From NCBI GenBank assembly GCA_900769535.1, contig CAAGHB010000110.1, forward strand, positions 1-55,895: a stretch of DNA of 55,895 nucleotides, in the 5' to 3' direction. Below, piece by piece: positions 37,945 through 46,114 of this stretch. The notes beneath the pieces are model-generated. The model worked only from the letters and a program-made list of their open reading frames with translations. It ran no database searches and was not told the origin of the DNA. The number at the start of each line of letters is the position of its first letter. Position 1 is the stretch's first letter. A program made the translations under genes and the position numbers. This stretch comes from Clostridia bacterium. Lineage in GTDB: Bacteria > Bacillota > Clostridia > Oscillospirales > Acutalibacteraceae.

Positions 37945-37984
37945 GCAGGACCGCATAATTTTCGATTTGCGGTCTTGCTTTTTA
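37945..37984 (+). terminator. Rho-independent terminator after mreB
   Basis: GCAGGACCGCA / TGCGGTCTTGC stem followed by TTTTT. Confidence 0.8.
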
Positions 37985-38003
37985 AGTCAGGTGCTGTTAT
38001 AAT
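37975..38003 (+). promoter_or_regulatory. Sigma-A-type promoter of tRNA-Thr
   Basis: TTGCTT, 17-nt spacer, TATAAT with a TGT extended -10; ends 20 nt before the tRNA 5' end. Confidence 0.6.
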
Positions 38004-38022
38004 ATTCGAGCGGTATAAATTT

Positions 38023-38098
38023 GCTGGTATAGCTCAGTCGGTAGAGCAGCTGATTCGTAATCAGCAGGTCGGGTGTTCGAGTCACCTTACCAGCTCCA
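38023..38098 (+). tRNA. tRNA-Thr (anticodon CGT), CCA encoded
   Basis: Folded by hand: acceptor GCTGGTA/TACCAGC, D arm GCTC-AGTCGGTA-GAGC, anticodon arm GCTGA-TTCGTAA-TCAGC, variable loop AGGTC, T arm GGGTG-TTCGAGT-CACCT, discriminator T, CCA. Confidence 0.95.
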
Positions 38099-38104
38099 AA
38101 AAAA

Positions 38105-38140
38105 TAAAAGGACTACTACGGTAGTTCTTTTATTTTTTTA
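38105..38140 (+). terminator. Rho-independent terminator after tRNA-Thr
   Basis: AGGACTAC / GTAGTTCT stem followed by TTTTATTTTTTT. Confidence 0.8.
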
Positions 38141-38221
38141 TGTTTATGTTCCAATAAAAATGGTTGCGTGAATGGCATTGTAGATGGTATAATAAATTTA
38201 TAATAAACTAAGGAGAAAAGA

Positions 38222-39100
38222 ATGAAATTCAAGTCATTTTTAAAGAAACTAAGTATAAAAAACTTTTTTTGCTTGACTATTTCAGGGATAATAAATGCAA
38301 TCGGCGTTACAATGTTTTTAGCGCCGGTCAATTTGTACGACAGCGGAATTTCGGGTACGTCAATCCTTTTGTCGCAAATAACACCTCCCGAATTCACCCT
38401 TTCGGTATTTTTGCTTATACTTAATATTCCGCTTTTTCTATATGGTTTAAAGCGACAGGGCGGAGTTTTCACCATGTATGCAATTTATACAATTTCGATT
38501 TATTCCCTGTCCGCCTTTTTAATTAACGACGTGCTACCCGTTGATGTAAGCATTGCTTCACCTCTTGCGGGAGAGGATTTGCTGCTCTGCGCAATTTTCG
38601 GCGGACTTATTTCGGGTGTGGGAAGCGGACTTGCGATTCGTTATGGAGCAGCTATGGACGGAATCGAAGTTATGGCGGTAATTTTTTCTAAAAAAATCGG
38701 TATCAGCGTCGGTACCTTTGTAATGGTATATAATTGTCTGCTCTATGCGCTTTGCGGAATTTTATTAAAAAGCTGGATTTTGCCGCTTTACTCGGTGGTT
38801 GCATACGGCGCAGGACTTAAAACGATTGACTTTATCGTCGAAGGTATCGACCGTTCAAAGTCGGCGATTATTATAACCGAAAAGCGTGATGAGGTGTGTG
38901 CCGCCTTGTCGGAGGCGCTTGGCTTCGGTATGACAACTATCGAGGCAAAGGGTTATTATTCCGATTCGGATAAAAGCATGGTTTATATTGTAGTCAACCG
39001 ATTTCAGATTACAAGGATGAGGGATATAGTCCACGAGGTTGACCCGATGGCATATATTTCTATTTCCGAGGTCGCCGACGTATTTCATAATAATAGATAA
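38222..39100 (+). CDS. YitT-family membrane protein (with C-terminal DUF2179-like domain)
   Basis: 292 aa. Multi-TM N-terminal part with NAIGV..FL.P and a soluble C-terminal domain (TTIEAKGYYS...MVYIVV). SD AAGGAGA present. Confidence 0.8.
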   Translation: MKFKSFLKKLSIKNFFCLTISGIINAIGVTMFLAPVNLYDSGISGTSILLSQITPPEFTLSVFLLILNIPLFLYGLKRQGGVFTMYAIYTISIYSLSAFLINDVLPVDVSIASPLAGEDLLLCAIFGGLISGVGSGLAIRYGAAMDGIEVMAVIFSKKIGISVGTFVMVYNCLLYALCGILLKSWILPLYSVVAYGAGLKTIDFIVEGIDRSKSAIIITEKRDEVCAALSEALGFGMTTIEAKGYYSDSDKSMVYIVVNRFQITRMRDIVHEVDPMAYISISEVADVFHNNR

Positions 39101-39106
39101 TATATT

Positions 39107-39146
39107 AAAAAAACACCCTGTTCGAATTTGAACAGGGTGTTTTTTA
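39107..39146. terminator. Bidirectional intrinsic terminator (yitT-like / ger operon)
   Basis: ACACCCTGTTC / GAACAGGGTGT stem flanked by A7 and T6 runs. Confidence 0.9.
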
Positions 39147-41201
39147 TATACTGATTTTCGCTTTTATTTTTAAATTTTTGAATTTCTGTTTAAATTCTAT
39201 TTTTTTAAATTCTTCAATCGTCATAAAATTTTTTGCCGCCGTTTGACCTATTCCTAAAATATCGGAGCCGCTCTCCAAAATATCCGTCAGCGTGGCATTA
39301 AGCCGCTTTGTTATCATTGCCGTTAGATTTTCAGGCAGATTATAAACGTTTTCTTCACCTTTTTTGCAGGTTATTTTAATATCAATGTTTGCCATGCTTT
39401 CGCTGATTGTGATTTTGGCTTTACCGTTTGACGAAATCGAGTATTCGTCATTGTCAAAGGTCAGCTTGTAGTCCTTTAAATTGCCGTTTATTGCTTTTAT
39501 TACAGCGGTTTCGTCGCCATCGAGGTATCCTACCGCCTTTTCGCCGGAAAACATAACGGTACCGCTGATGCTGTCCTCTTGGTCCTCGTCGCCGTTTTCA
39601 ATATACGCCGCGGATGCATCCTTTGTCGTCGAGAATATCGAGTTGTAAACCATATTTACCGAAATAGAATCGTACATATTGCTTTTACCCTCGTTATTGA
39701 CTGTGAGCTCGATTTCCTGCATACTGGCGAATCTTTTTGAAGAAACGAATTTTTCCGCCGAATCACTGCAAACGGCTAACATAATGCTGTTTTTTGTGGA
39801 TGTGTCCTCGATAATCGGCTGGATAAATTTGAGGATACCCGTTTTGGCCAAATCGTATGAAACCGCAAGTATTCTCAAATTCTCAAACGAAAATGACCCT
39901 GCTCGTTGCTTTGAAATATTATTTACTGCATCGCCGAGGGATTCTCCCGATTCGATAATAATTTCGTTATCCTCATTCATAAGTCGGATGGAATAAGCAT
40001 AGGTTGAGTCGGTTGTACCCTCGTCAATGCCAATCATAACGGCGTATGACGTGTTTTCTATCTCGCGATAATCTCCGCAGGAACAGAGGGAAAATCCCAT
40101 CCCGATAAATAGGAGTGAAATAACTGCCTTTTTGTACAACTTGAATTTTATGATACCGCCGATAAGCAGTATTATGCCGATAAATATAAAAAACAAGAAG
40201 CTGTACTGACGGTAAATTTGAAGAATATTGTTATTGTTTATCCTTGTATTATCGGGTAAAACCGCAGTAATGAGTACTATAAGAGATATTGCCGATATGA
40301 TTAAAAATGACCTTTTCTTTTTAAAATTAAATGTGTCGTCAATCTGCTTTATGGCTGCACTCAAATAGATGGAAATAAAGCAAATCATGGATAAAATTAT
40401 GATAAAAAGCAAAATTGCCTCAAATCGCTGAAAAAATCCGCTTCGTTCAGCCCCTCTTGCAATATCGATTATTCCGCTTGTGCTGTTTTGTGAAAGGGAA
40501 TAGGGAAACGCGAGAGAATAGCAAAGAGCACAGCCGGTATATACGAATAATGCCGTTACGGTTGATGCTACGCTTGCCTTTGTTACCTTGCGAGAACTGA
40601 TTTTGTCAGCGAAAATGAGCCCGATTAAAATATTATCCACCGACGAAAGTGTCCATAGACTGCCCTTTGCGGTGGCGCCGATACCGTGACCTAATATCGG
40701 AAAAATATTACCGATTTGAAACTGACCGAGCCCTGAAAAGATGACTATAACAATACCGAGAATAAGACTGAAAAATACTGGCACAGCTGTTTTTGCAATA
40801 GCGGTGTGTCCCGATTTTGCCGAATAATATGCTACAATCATAATGATTCCTGCAATAATTATTTCGTGTGTATTGCTGTAACCGTAAAGCTTCATCAGTC
40901 GTATGCATTCAAAAAGACGTTCTGACATTGAAAGCACGATAGCGACAACAATTAAGCAGTTTATTACCATTCCGAAAAAGTCGCCTGCACAGTCGTATAT
41001 CAGCTCAGACAGACTGGTATGTCCCGTGAGGTTTATCAGCTTTGACGCAATTATTGTGACAATGAGGAATATGGCACAGCCGATAAATGCCGATATAAAC
41101 GACGCAGTAGCCGCTGTATTTATAAGAAAATTCAGCGCATAGGTATAAACATACACGAGCGTACCTACCGACATCACCGAATATAGCTGTAATTTACTCA
41201 T
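39144..41201 (-). CDS. Spore germination receptor: GerB-like permease fused in frame to a GerC-like lipoprotein module
   Basis: Residues 1-354 are a multi-TM GerAB/APC-like permease. Residues 355-685 start with a lipoprotein-type signal (LYKKAVISLLFIGMGFSLC) followed by a Ger(x)C-like CGDYREIEN..YAVMIGID segment. Confidence 0.85.
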   Translation of the reverse strand: MSKLQLYSVMSVGTLVYVYTYALNFLINTAATASFISAFIGCAIFLIVTIIASKLINLTGHTSLSELIYDCAGDFFGMVINCLIVVAIVLSMSERLFECIRLMKLYGYSNTHEIIIAGIIMIVAYYSAKSGHTAIAKTAVPVFFSLILGIVIVIFSGLGQFQIGNIFPILGHGIGATAKGSLWTLSSVDNILIGLIFADKISSRKVTKASVASTVTALFVYTGCALCYSLAFPYSLSQNSTSGIIDIARGAERSGFFQRFEAILLFIIILSMICFISIYLSAAIKQIDDTFNFKKKRSFLIISAISLIVLITAVLPDNTRINNNNILQIYRQYSFLFFIFIGIILLIGGIIKFKLYKKAVISLLFIGMGFSLCSCGDYREIENTSYAVMIGIDEGTTDSTYAYSIRLMNEDNEIIIESGESLGDAVNNISKQRAGSFSFENLRILAVSYDLAKTGILKFIQPIIEDTSTKNSIMLAVCSDSAEKFVSSKRFASMQEIELTVNNEGKSNMYDSISVNMVYNSIFSTTKDASAAYIENGDEDQEDSISGTVMFSGEKAVGYLDGDETAVIKAINGNLKDYKLTFDNDEYSISSNGKAKITISESMANIDIKITCKKGEENVYNLPENLTAMITKRLNATLTDILESGSDILGIGQTAAKNFMTIEEFKKIEFKQKFKNLKIKAKISI

Positions 41202-42678
41202 CGTTTTCCTCCATATACGCCCATAATCTTGAAATTTTTGGCTGCTGATAAATGCTCTTTGGTTTTAAAGAAAATGCCCTCAGCTCCTGTTTCCATATTG
41301 GCCTCTGATATACCATGTTTCCGTTTGCAGCATGGGCTTTTCGAGAGGATGAAAGCATCGAAACGCCGAATGAGCTCTGTTTTGCAAGCATTGTGAGGAC
41401 TAAAATTATTCCTGCGCCGATTCCGAGAAAGCCAAGCGTGCCGCCGAGAATTATAAAACCGAATTTCAGCACCCGTATTCCTGACGAAAGCTCATAGTCG
41501 GGGATAACGGCGTTTGCAATTCCCGAAATTGCTACAATTATAAGTGTGACCGGGCTTACAATTCCTGCCTCAACCGCCGCCTGACCGAGAATGAGACCGC
41601 CGACAACGCCTATTGCGCTGCCGATTGCATTCGGTACACGTAATCCTGCCTCACGAACAAGCTCAAAAAAAATCTCCATAATGATATATTCAGCCACTGC
41701 GGAAAAGGGAATTTGCCGTCTGGTTTCGGCTATTATGGTCAAAAGCTGGCTTGGAATCAGCTCGTGGTGAAAGCAGGTAAGCGCGAGAAAAATACCCGAT
41801 AAAAGAACCGAGAGAATGAATGCAAAGGTGCGTATAATCCGAGAAAAAGTACCGCTTTGCCAACGTTGCTGATTGCCCTCGGGCGAATCGAGCAGTATCG
41901 AAAGTGAAATTGGCATAATCAGCGCAAACGGAGTGTTGTCGCATATAATTGCGATTCGCCCTGCGGCAAGATATTCTGCTGTACGGTCGGGCCTTTCGGT
42001 TGACAATATCGACGGAAAAAGCGACCAGGTCGAGTCCTCAATAAGCTGTTCGACCATTCCTGCCCCCGAAATGAAATCCCCCTTTATATTATTAAGCCGA
42101 AATTTCACCTTGTTTACAAGCTCGTCACTTGTCAAATCGTCGAGGTACATAATGGCGCATTTACATTTGTTTACATTACCGACCGAAACAAATTCTGTGC
42201 ATAATTTCGGACTTTTTACAATGCGGCGAAGTAGGGTAATGCTTGTTCGTATGCTTTCGGTAAATCCTTCGTGAGACCCTTTAATTACCGATTCGGTATC
42301 CGGCGCACTAACCGACCTTTTGTCAAATGCCTTTGTTTCAACCACGGCGCATTTGTTATCACCGTCGGCATAAACTAGGGTATCTCCATCGATGATTGAT
42401 TCAGTCGCCTTTTCAATGTCGGACTGCGCTACTACGTTGTTATACTGAATTTTACCTATAAGGTCAAAATTATTTTTATCTTCGTCGTTTAGCATAACGG
42501 CACGAATAATAAAATCGTTTATACCGGCGGTATTTGCCATTCCGTCAATATAAGCAATAAAGCAGCGTACGCCCTTTTTATTTTTAAATTCACGTATAAT
42601 GATGTCGGTGTTTTTACCGTAACAGAATTTATCTTTAATGAATGAAATGTTTTTATCAATATTTTTATCGAAATCCAT
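41194..42678 (-). CDS. Spore germination receptor subunit A (GerA/GerKA family)
   Basis: 494 aa. Soluble N-terminal domain plus a C-terminal TM bundle with conserved RRIVKSP, ERPD and PFSAV..YIIMEI..E...EAG.R.P motifs. 8-nt overlap with the downstream B-C gene. Confidence 0.9.
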   Translation of the reverse strand: MDFDKNIDKNISFIKDKFCYGKNTDIIIREFKNKKGVRCFIAYIDGMANTAGINDFIIRAVMLNDEDKNNFDLIGKIQYNNVVAQSDIEKATESIIDGDTLVYADGDNKCAVVETKAFDKRSVSAPDTESVIKGSHEGFTESIRTSITLLRRIVKSPKLCTEFVSVGNVNKCKCAIMYLDDLTSDELVNKVKFRLNNIKGDFISGAGMVEQLIEDSTWSLFPSILSTERPDRTAEYLAAGRIAIICDNTPFALIMPISLSILLDSPEGNQQRWQSGTFSRIIRTFAFILSVLLSGIFLALTCFHHELIPSQLLTIIAETRRQIPFSAVAEYIIMEIFFELVREAGLRVPNAIGSAIGVVGGLILGQAAVEAGIVSPVTLIIVAISGIANAVIPDYELSSGIRVLKFGFIILGGTLGFLGIGAGIILVLTMLAKQSSFGVSMLSSSRKAHAANGNMVYQRPIWKQELRAFSLKPKSIYQQPKISRLWAYMEENDE

Positions 42679-42772
42679 TTATAAACACCCTTAATTAGCA
42701 TTTTCAGTATTTTCGGTCATATACACTAAATTTTTTCATATATTTTACTAAAAATGATTTGGGAGTAAATGT

Positions 42773-44008
42773 ATGAGAAAATTGATAAAAAAAGTTGTTT
42801 CACTACTCTTGATTTTACCGATAATTTTCGTCACTGCCTCTGCCGACGGCGAATATCAACGAATGAATATCGTAACTGAGTACCAATCCCCTGATTTAAT
42901 GAGTGATATAGAGGATGATGAGGCGGTATTAACCGCATCTGACGGCAGTTTGCAGCTGAATGCAAAGTCTGCAATACTTATTGAACTTAATTCGGGCAAG
43001 GTTCTTTTCGAAAAGGATGCCGATGTAAAAATGCCGCCTGCCTCAATTACCAAAATCATGACACTCCTGCTTGTAATGGAGGCGATTGAGGCGAAAAAAT
43101 TCGACTACAATACCGAGGTTACCTGCTCCGAACATGCGGCATCAATGGGCGGGTCGCAAATTTGGCTCGAAGTCGGCGAAAAAATGACGGTTGACGAGCT
43201 TTTACGTGCTTCGGCAATCGGTTCGGCAAATGATGCAACCTGCCTTCTCAGTGAGTTTGTTTCGGGAAGTGAAGAGGGCTTTGTTTCGCTGATGAACGAA
43301 AAGGCAAAGGCGCTTTCGATGACAAACACCGAGTTTAAAAATTGTTCCGGTCTTGATGCAGACGGCCATTTAACAACGGCGAGAGATATAGCAACAATGT
43401 CACGCGAACTGCTTAAACATAACGATATAACAAAATATACTACCGTTTGGATGGATTCTTTGCGCGACGGAAAAACCGAGCTTGTAAATACAAATAAACT
43501 CGTTCGATTTTATGACGGAGCTACTGGTCTTAAAACAGGCACTACAAGCGGAGCAGGATGTTGTCTTTCGGCATCGGCAACAAGGGATGGATTGAGCTTG
43601 ATTGCGGTTGTCTTAGGTTGTGATTCAAGCAACAACAGATTTGCGGATGCAAAAAAACTGCTTAATTACGGCTTTTCTAATTACGGCAATGCAACGGTAA
43701 AAATAGAGCAAGACGAGTTGCCTGAATTGCCTGTATCAAAGGGTACAAAAACGACGCTAACCCTGATGTCCGATGACAGCGTTTCTTTCCTTGTTGCCAA
43801 GGGTAAAGAAGGCGATATTCAGAAAAAATTTGATTTACCGGAGCAATTAACGGCGCCGATTAAGCCGGGTGAGACGGTAGGCACGATTATTTTTACGCTT
43901 GATGGAAAAACGCTTGGCCAAATACCTGTTGTTGCATCTAACGGCGTTGAAAAAATGACCTATTCAAAAGGACTGCTAAGAATAATTTCTGCTATATTTT
44001 TAAAGTAA
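42773..44008 (+). CDS. D-alanyl-D-alanine carboxypeptidase (S11, PBP5/DacB/DacF-like)
   Basis: Signal peptide; SITKIMT (SxxK), SANDA (SxN) and KTGTT (KTG) motifs. Confidence 0.92.
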   Translation: MRKLIKKVVSLLLILPIIFVTASADGEYQRMNIVTEYQSPDLMSDIEDDEAVLTASDGSLQLNAKSAILIELNSGKVLFEKDADVKMPPASITKIMTLLLVMEAIEAKKFDYNTEVTCSEHAASMGGSQIWLEVGEKMTVDELLRASAIGSANDATCLLSEFVSGSEEGFVSLMNEKAKALSMTNTEFKNCSGLDADGHLTTARDIATMSRELLKHNDITKYTTVWMDSLRDGKTELVNTNKLVRFYDGATGLKTGTTSGAGCCLSASATRDGLSLIAVVLGCDSSNNRFADAKKLLNYGFSNYGNATVKIEQDELPELPVSKGTKTTLTLMSDDSVSFLVAKGKEGDIQKKFDLPEQLTAPIKPGETVGTIIFTLDGKTLGQIPVVASNGVEKMTYSKGLLRIISAIFLK

Positions 44009-44189
44009 CAGATTTTACTGAATTTTATAATTAAAATTAAAATTAGATATTTTTAATTGAAAAACAACAGTTTTAGTTAATGTTATTTAAAAAAAATGAA
44101 ATTTTTAAAGCTGTGGTTAGCATAATTCACCAAATTGTTATAAACATTTTATATAATTTACTGAAAATTTCAAAATGCCTGAAAATAAC

Positions 44190-44218
44190 TTGAAAAAAAC
44201 ATATAGGAAAGATATAAT
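44190..44218 (+). promoter_or_regulatory. Near-consensus sigma-A promoter of the dockerin gene
   Basis: TTGAAA, 17-nt spacer, TATAAT. Confidence 0.6.
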
Positions 44219-44252
44219 ATAAAGGAAATATGTGTGAAAGTGGAGTATTATT

Positions 44253-44576
44253 ATGAAAAAAATTGTTGTCTCAATTATTACAGTTTGTTTTATAATGAGC
44301 ATGGTTGCTACCGTTTTTGCAAGTGCTGCTGCTTCGGCTGACGTAAATAGAGATAGAAAGACCTCATCAAATGATCTTCTCGCTCTTAGTCAGCATATCC
44401 TTAACATAAATACAAATTCTAATTACAAGTATGATGTTAACGATGATGGTATTGTTGATTCAGCTGATATTCTTGCGCTTCAAAATCATATTCTCGGAAT
44501 TTCTATAATTGAGGAAGAGATTGTTGATGATGATTTGTTTGAGCCCGGTATCGAGGACGCCGAAGACGAATTATAA
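44253..44576 (+). CDS. Secreted dockerin-only protein with an acidic C-terminal tail
   Basis: Signal peptide ending ...VFASAAASA. Two calcium-binding dockerin repeats, DVNRDRKTSSND and DVNDDGIVDSAD, each followed by LLAL/ILAL..HIL. Tail is EEEIVDDDLFEPGIEDAEDEL. Confidence 0.85.
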   Translation: MKKIVVSIITVCFIMSMVATVFASAAASADVNRDRKTSSNDLLALSQHILNINTNSNYKYDVNDDGIVDSADILALQNHILGISIIEEEIVDDDLFEPGIEDAEDEL

Positions 44577-44597
44577 TATTTCTGTTTCAGATTATTG

Positions 44598-44637
44598 AAA
44601 AAAACCTTTGACCGATTTTGGTCAAAGGTTTTTTTGT
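44598..44637. terminator. Bidirectional intrinsic terminator (dockerin gene / tagF-like operon end)
   Basis: AACCTTTGACC / GGTCAAAGGTT stem flanked by A7 and T7 runs. Confidence 0.9.
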
Positions 44638-44648
44638 ATGGATATAGT

Positions 44649-46091
44649 TCATAATGTTTTATTAAATAAAATATCTACTATTTTTTTAGCAGAATCAAAA
44701 TTGTAATTACCGAAATTAAACTCTTTAAAGGCCTGAACTTTATTTTGCTCAAAATCTTTTTCATCAATTGACTTAATAAGCTCATCAAAGGTGTAAACGA
44801 TTTTTCCGGGAACAAACGACTTGTATTCCTCATAAAAATCGCGCGATTCGGTATATTCATCGAGGTCAAATGTGTAAAAAAGCATCGGCTTATTAAGCAA
44901 AGCCGCCTCGTAAATTATTGATGAATAGTCGGTTATTACAAGGTCTGCCTCGTTTAAAATACTGTTAACCTCGCGGATTTCAGATTGGTCGATAAGCAGG
45001 TCATTATGTCTTTCTGAAATAGGCACTCGGTCTTTGATAAACGGATGCATTTTAAATATAATCCTCATACCTTTTTCATTACATTTTTCAGCAAGTCGGT
45101 CTAAATCGAGCTTTTCATAAGGATAAAATGCGCTTTCGGCACCGTTTCCCCTAAATGTCGGAGCAAACAGAACGGTAAATTTATCACGTTTCTCTGTATC
45201 ACCTGAACAGAGAGCGTCACATCGGGGAACACCAGTAGCATATACGTTTTCTATCGGAATACCGAATGCTTCTGCATAATATTTTCTGATACCTTCGCCG
45301 CTTACAAAAGCATGGGTATAGCACCTGTGCGCCTTTGAGTCGAATCGGAGCGAACCTTCCTTACCGAGACGGCTGTATCCAAATGTTTTAAAGGCACCAC
45401 AGGCGTGCCAAAGCTGTGCTATTTTAACCTTTTTACCATAGTTGAATCTGTAAATAATCGGGTGATAGTCGTCAATAATTATAATCTCGCTTTTACCAAG
45501 CAGCCACGCTGTTTTAAAATAGAATTTCAAATTCGGCCTGTCAGTAAACGAATAGTGTATATTGAGCTGTTTTTTGAGCTCATCACGCCTTAGAATCTCG
45601 TCTAAAACGAATTTTTCGTTGCCCGAAATGCTCTTTCTCGATTGGCTCGTAAACAGCAGGTTTCCTTTCGATTTTGAAAAAATTCTTGCTGCATAAAACA
45701 CCGATTTGAGAATAATATCAGCGCATTTGACGGCTAAACTCGACTTGGTAGGGGTAAGCGTACTGTATAAAGCTATGCCCTCTTTACCACATTCAAGATT
45801 TAATTTGTATATCCCGCCATTACTGCTATAATCGCGTCTATCCGATATTTTTGCATCAATTTCACCGTCGAATATTAGTTGCCACTTTCCGCTCGAAAGC
45901 GGCATTTTTTTATTTCCCGAAGCTAAGTCGAAGCAGATGGTGAAACAATCGCCGTCATTGCTTTTATAAAGTGGATAAAGTCGGTCGGTTCTGTTTTCGT
46001 GTATAAAATGTATGTCTCCGACTTTACCTTTTCCGCAAATAAAGAGAAGGGCACGCTTAAAATATGCCGTTGTAATAACACTCATACTCAT
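44649..46091 (-). CDS. TagF-family CDP-polyol phosphotransferase (TarK/TarL-like), paralog 2
   Basis: QLWHACGAFKTFGYSR, LFAPTFRGNG and ITDYSSIIYEA motifs of the CDP-glycerol/ribitol phosphotransferase family. Confidence 0.88.
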   Translation of the reverse strand: MSMSVITTAYFKRALLFICGKGKVGDIHFIHENRTDRLYPLYKSNDGDCFTICFDLASGNKKMPLSSGKWQLIFDGEIDAKISDRRDYSSNGGIYKLNLECGKEGIALYSTLTPTKSSLAVKCADIILKSVFYAARIFSKSKGNLLFTSQSRKSISGNEKFVLDEILRRDELKKQLNIHYSFTDRPNLKFYFKTAWLLGKSEIIIIDDYHPIIYRFNYGKKVKIAQLWHACGAFKTFGYSRLGKEGSLRFDSKAHRCYTHAFVSGEGIRKYYAEAFGIPIENVYATGVPRCDALCSGDTEKRDKFTVLFAPTFRGNGAESAFYPYEKLDLDRLAEKCNEKGMRIIFKMHPFIKDRVPISERHNDLLIDQSEIREVNSILNEADLVITDYSSIIYEAALLNKPMLFYTFDLDEYTESRDFYEEYKSFVPGKIVYTFDELIKSIDEKDFEQNKVQAFKEFNFGNYNFDSAKKIVDILFNKTL

Positions 46092-46114
46092 AATTAAGCT
46101 GCCCTCCTTGTTGT

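Noticed and set aside
38116-38475. 119-aa minus-strand ORF overlapping the yitT-like gene and the tRNA-Thr terminator
   Set aside because: It runs antisense to a convincing multi-TM gene and through a terminator hairpin and promoter. It has no SD.
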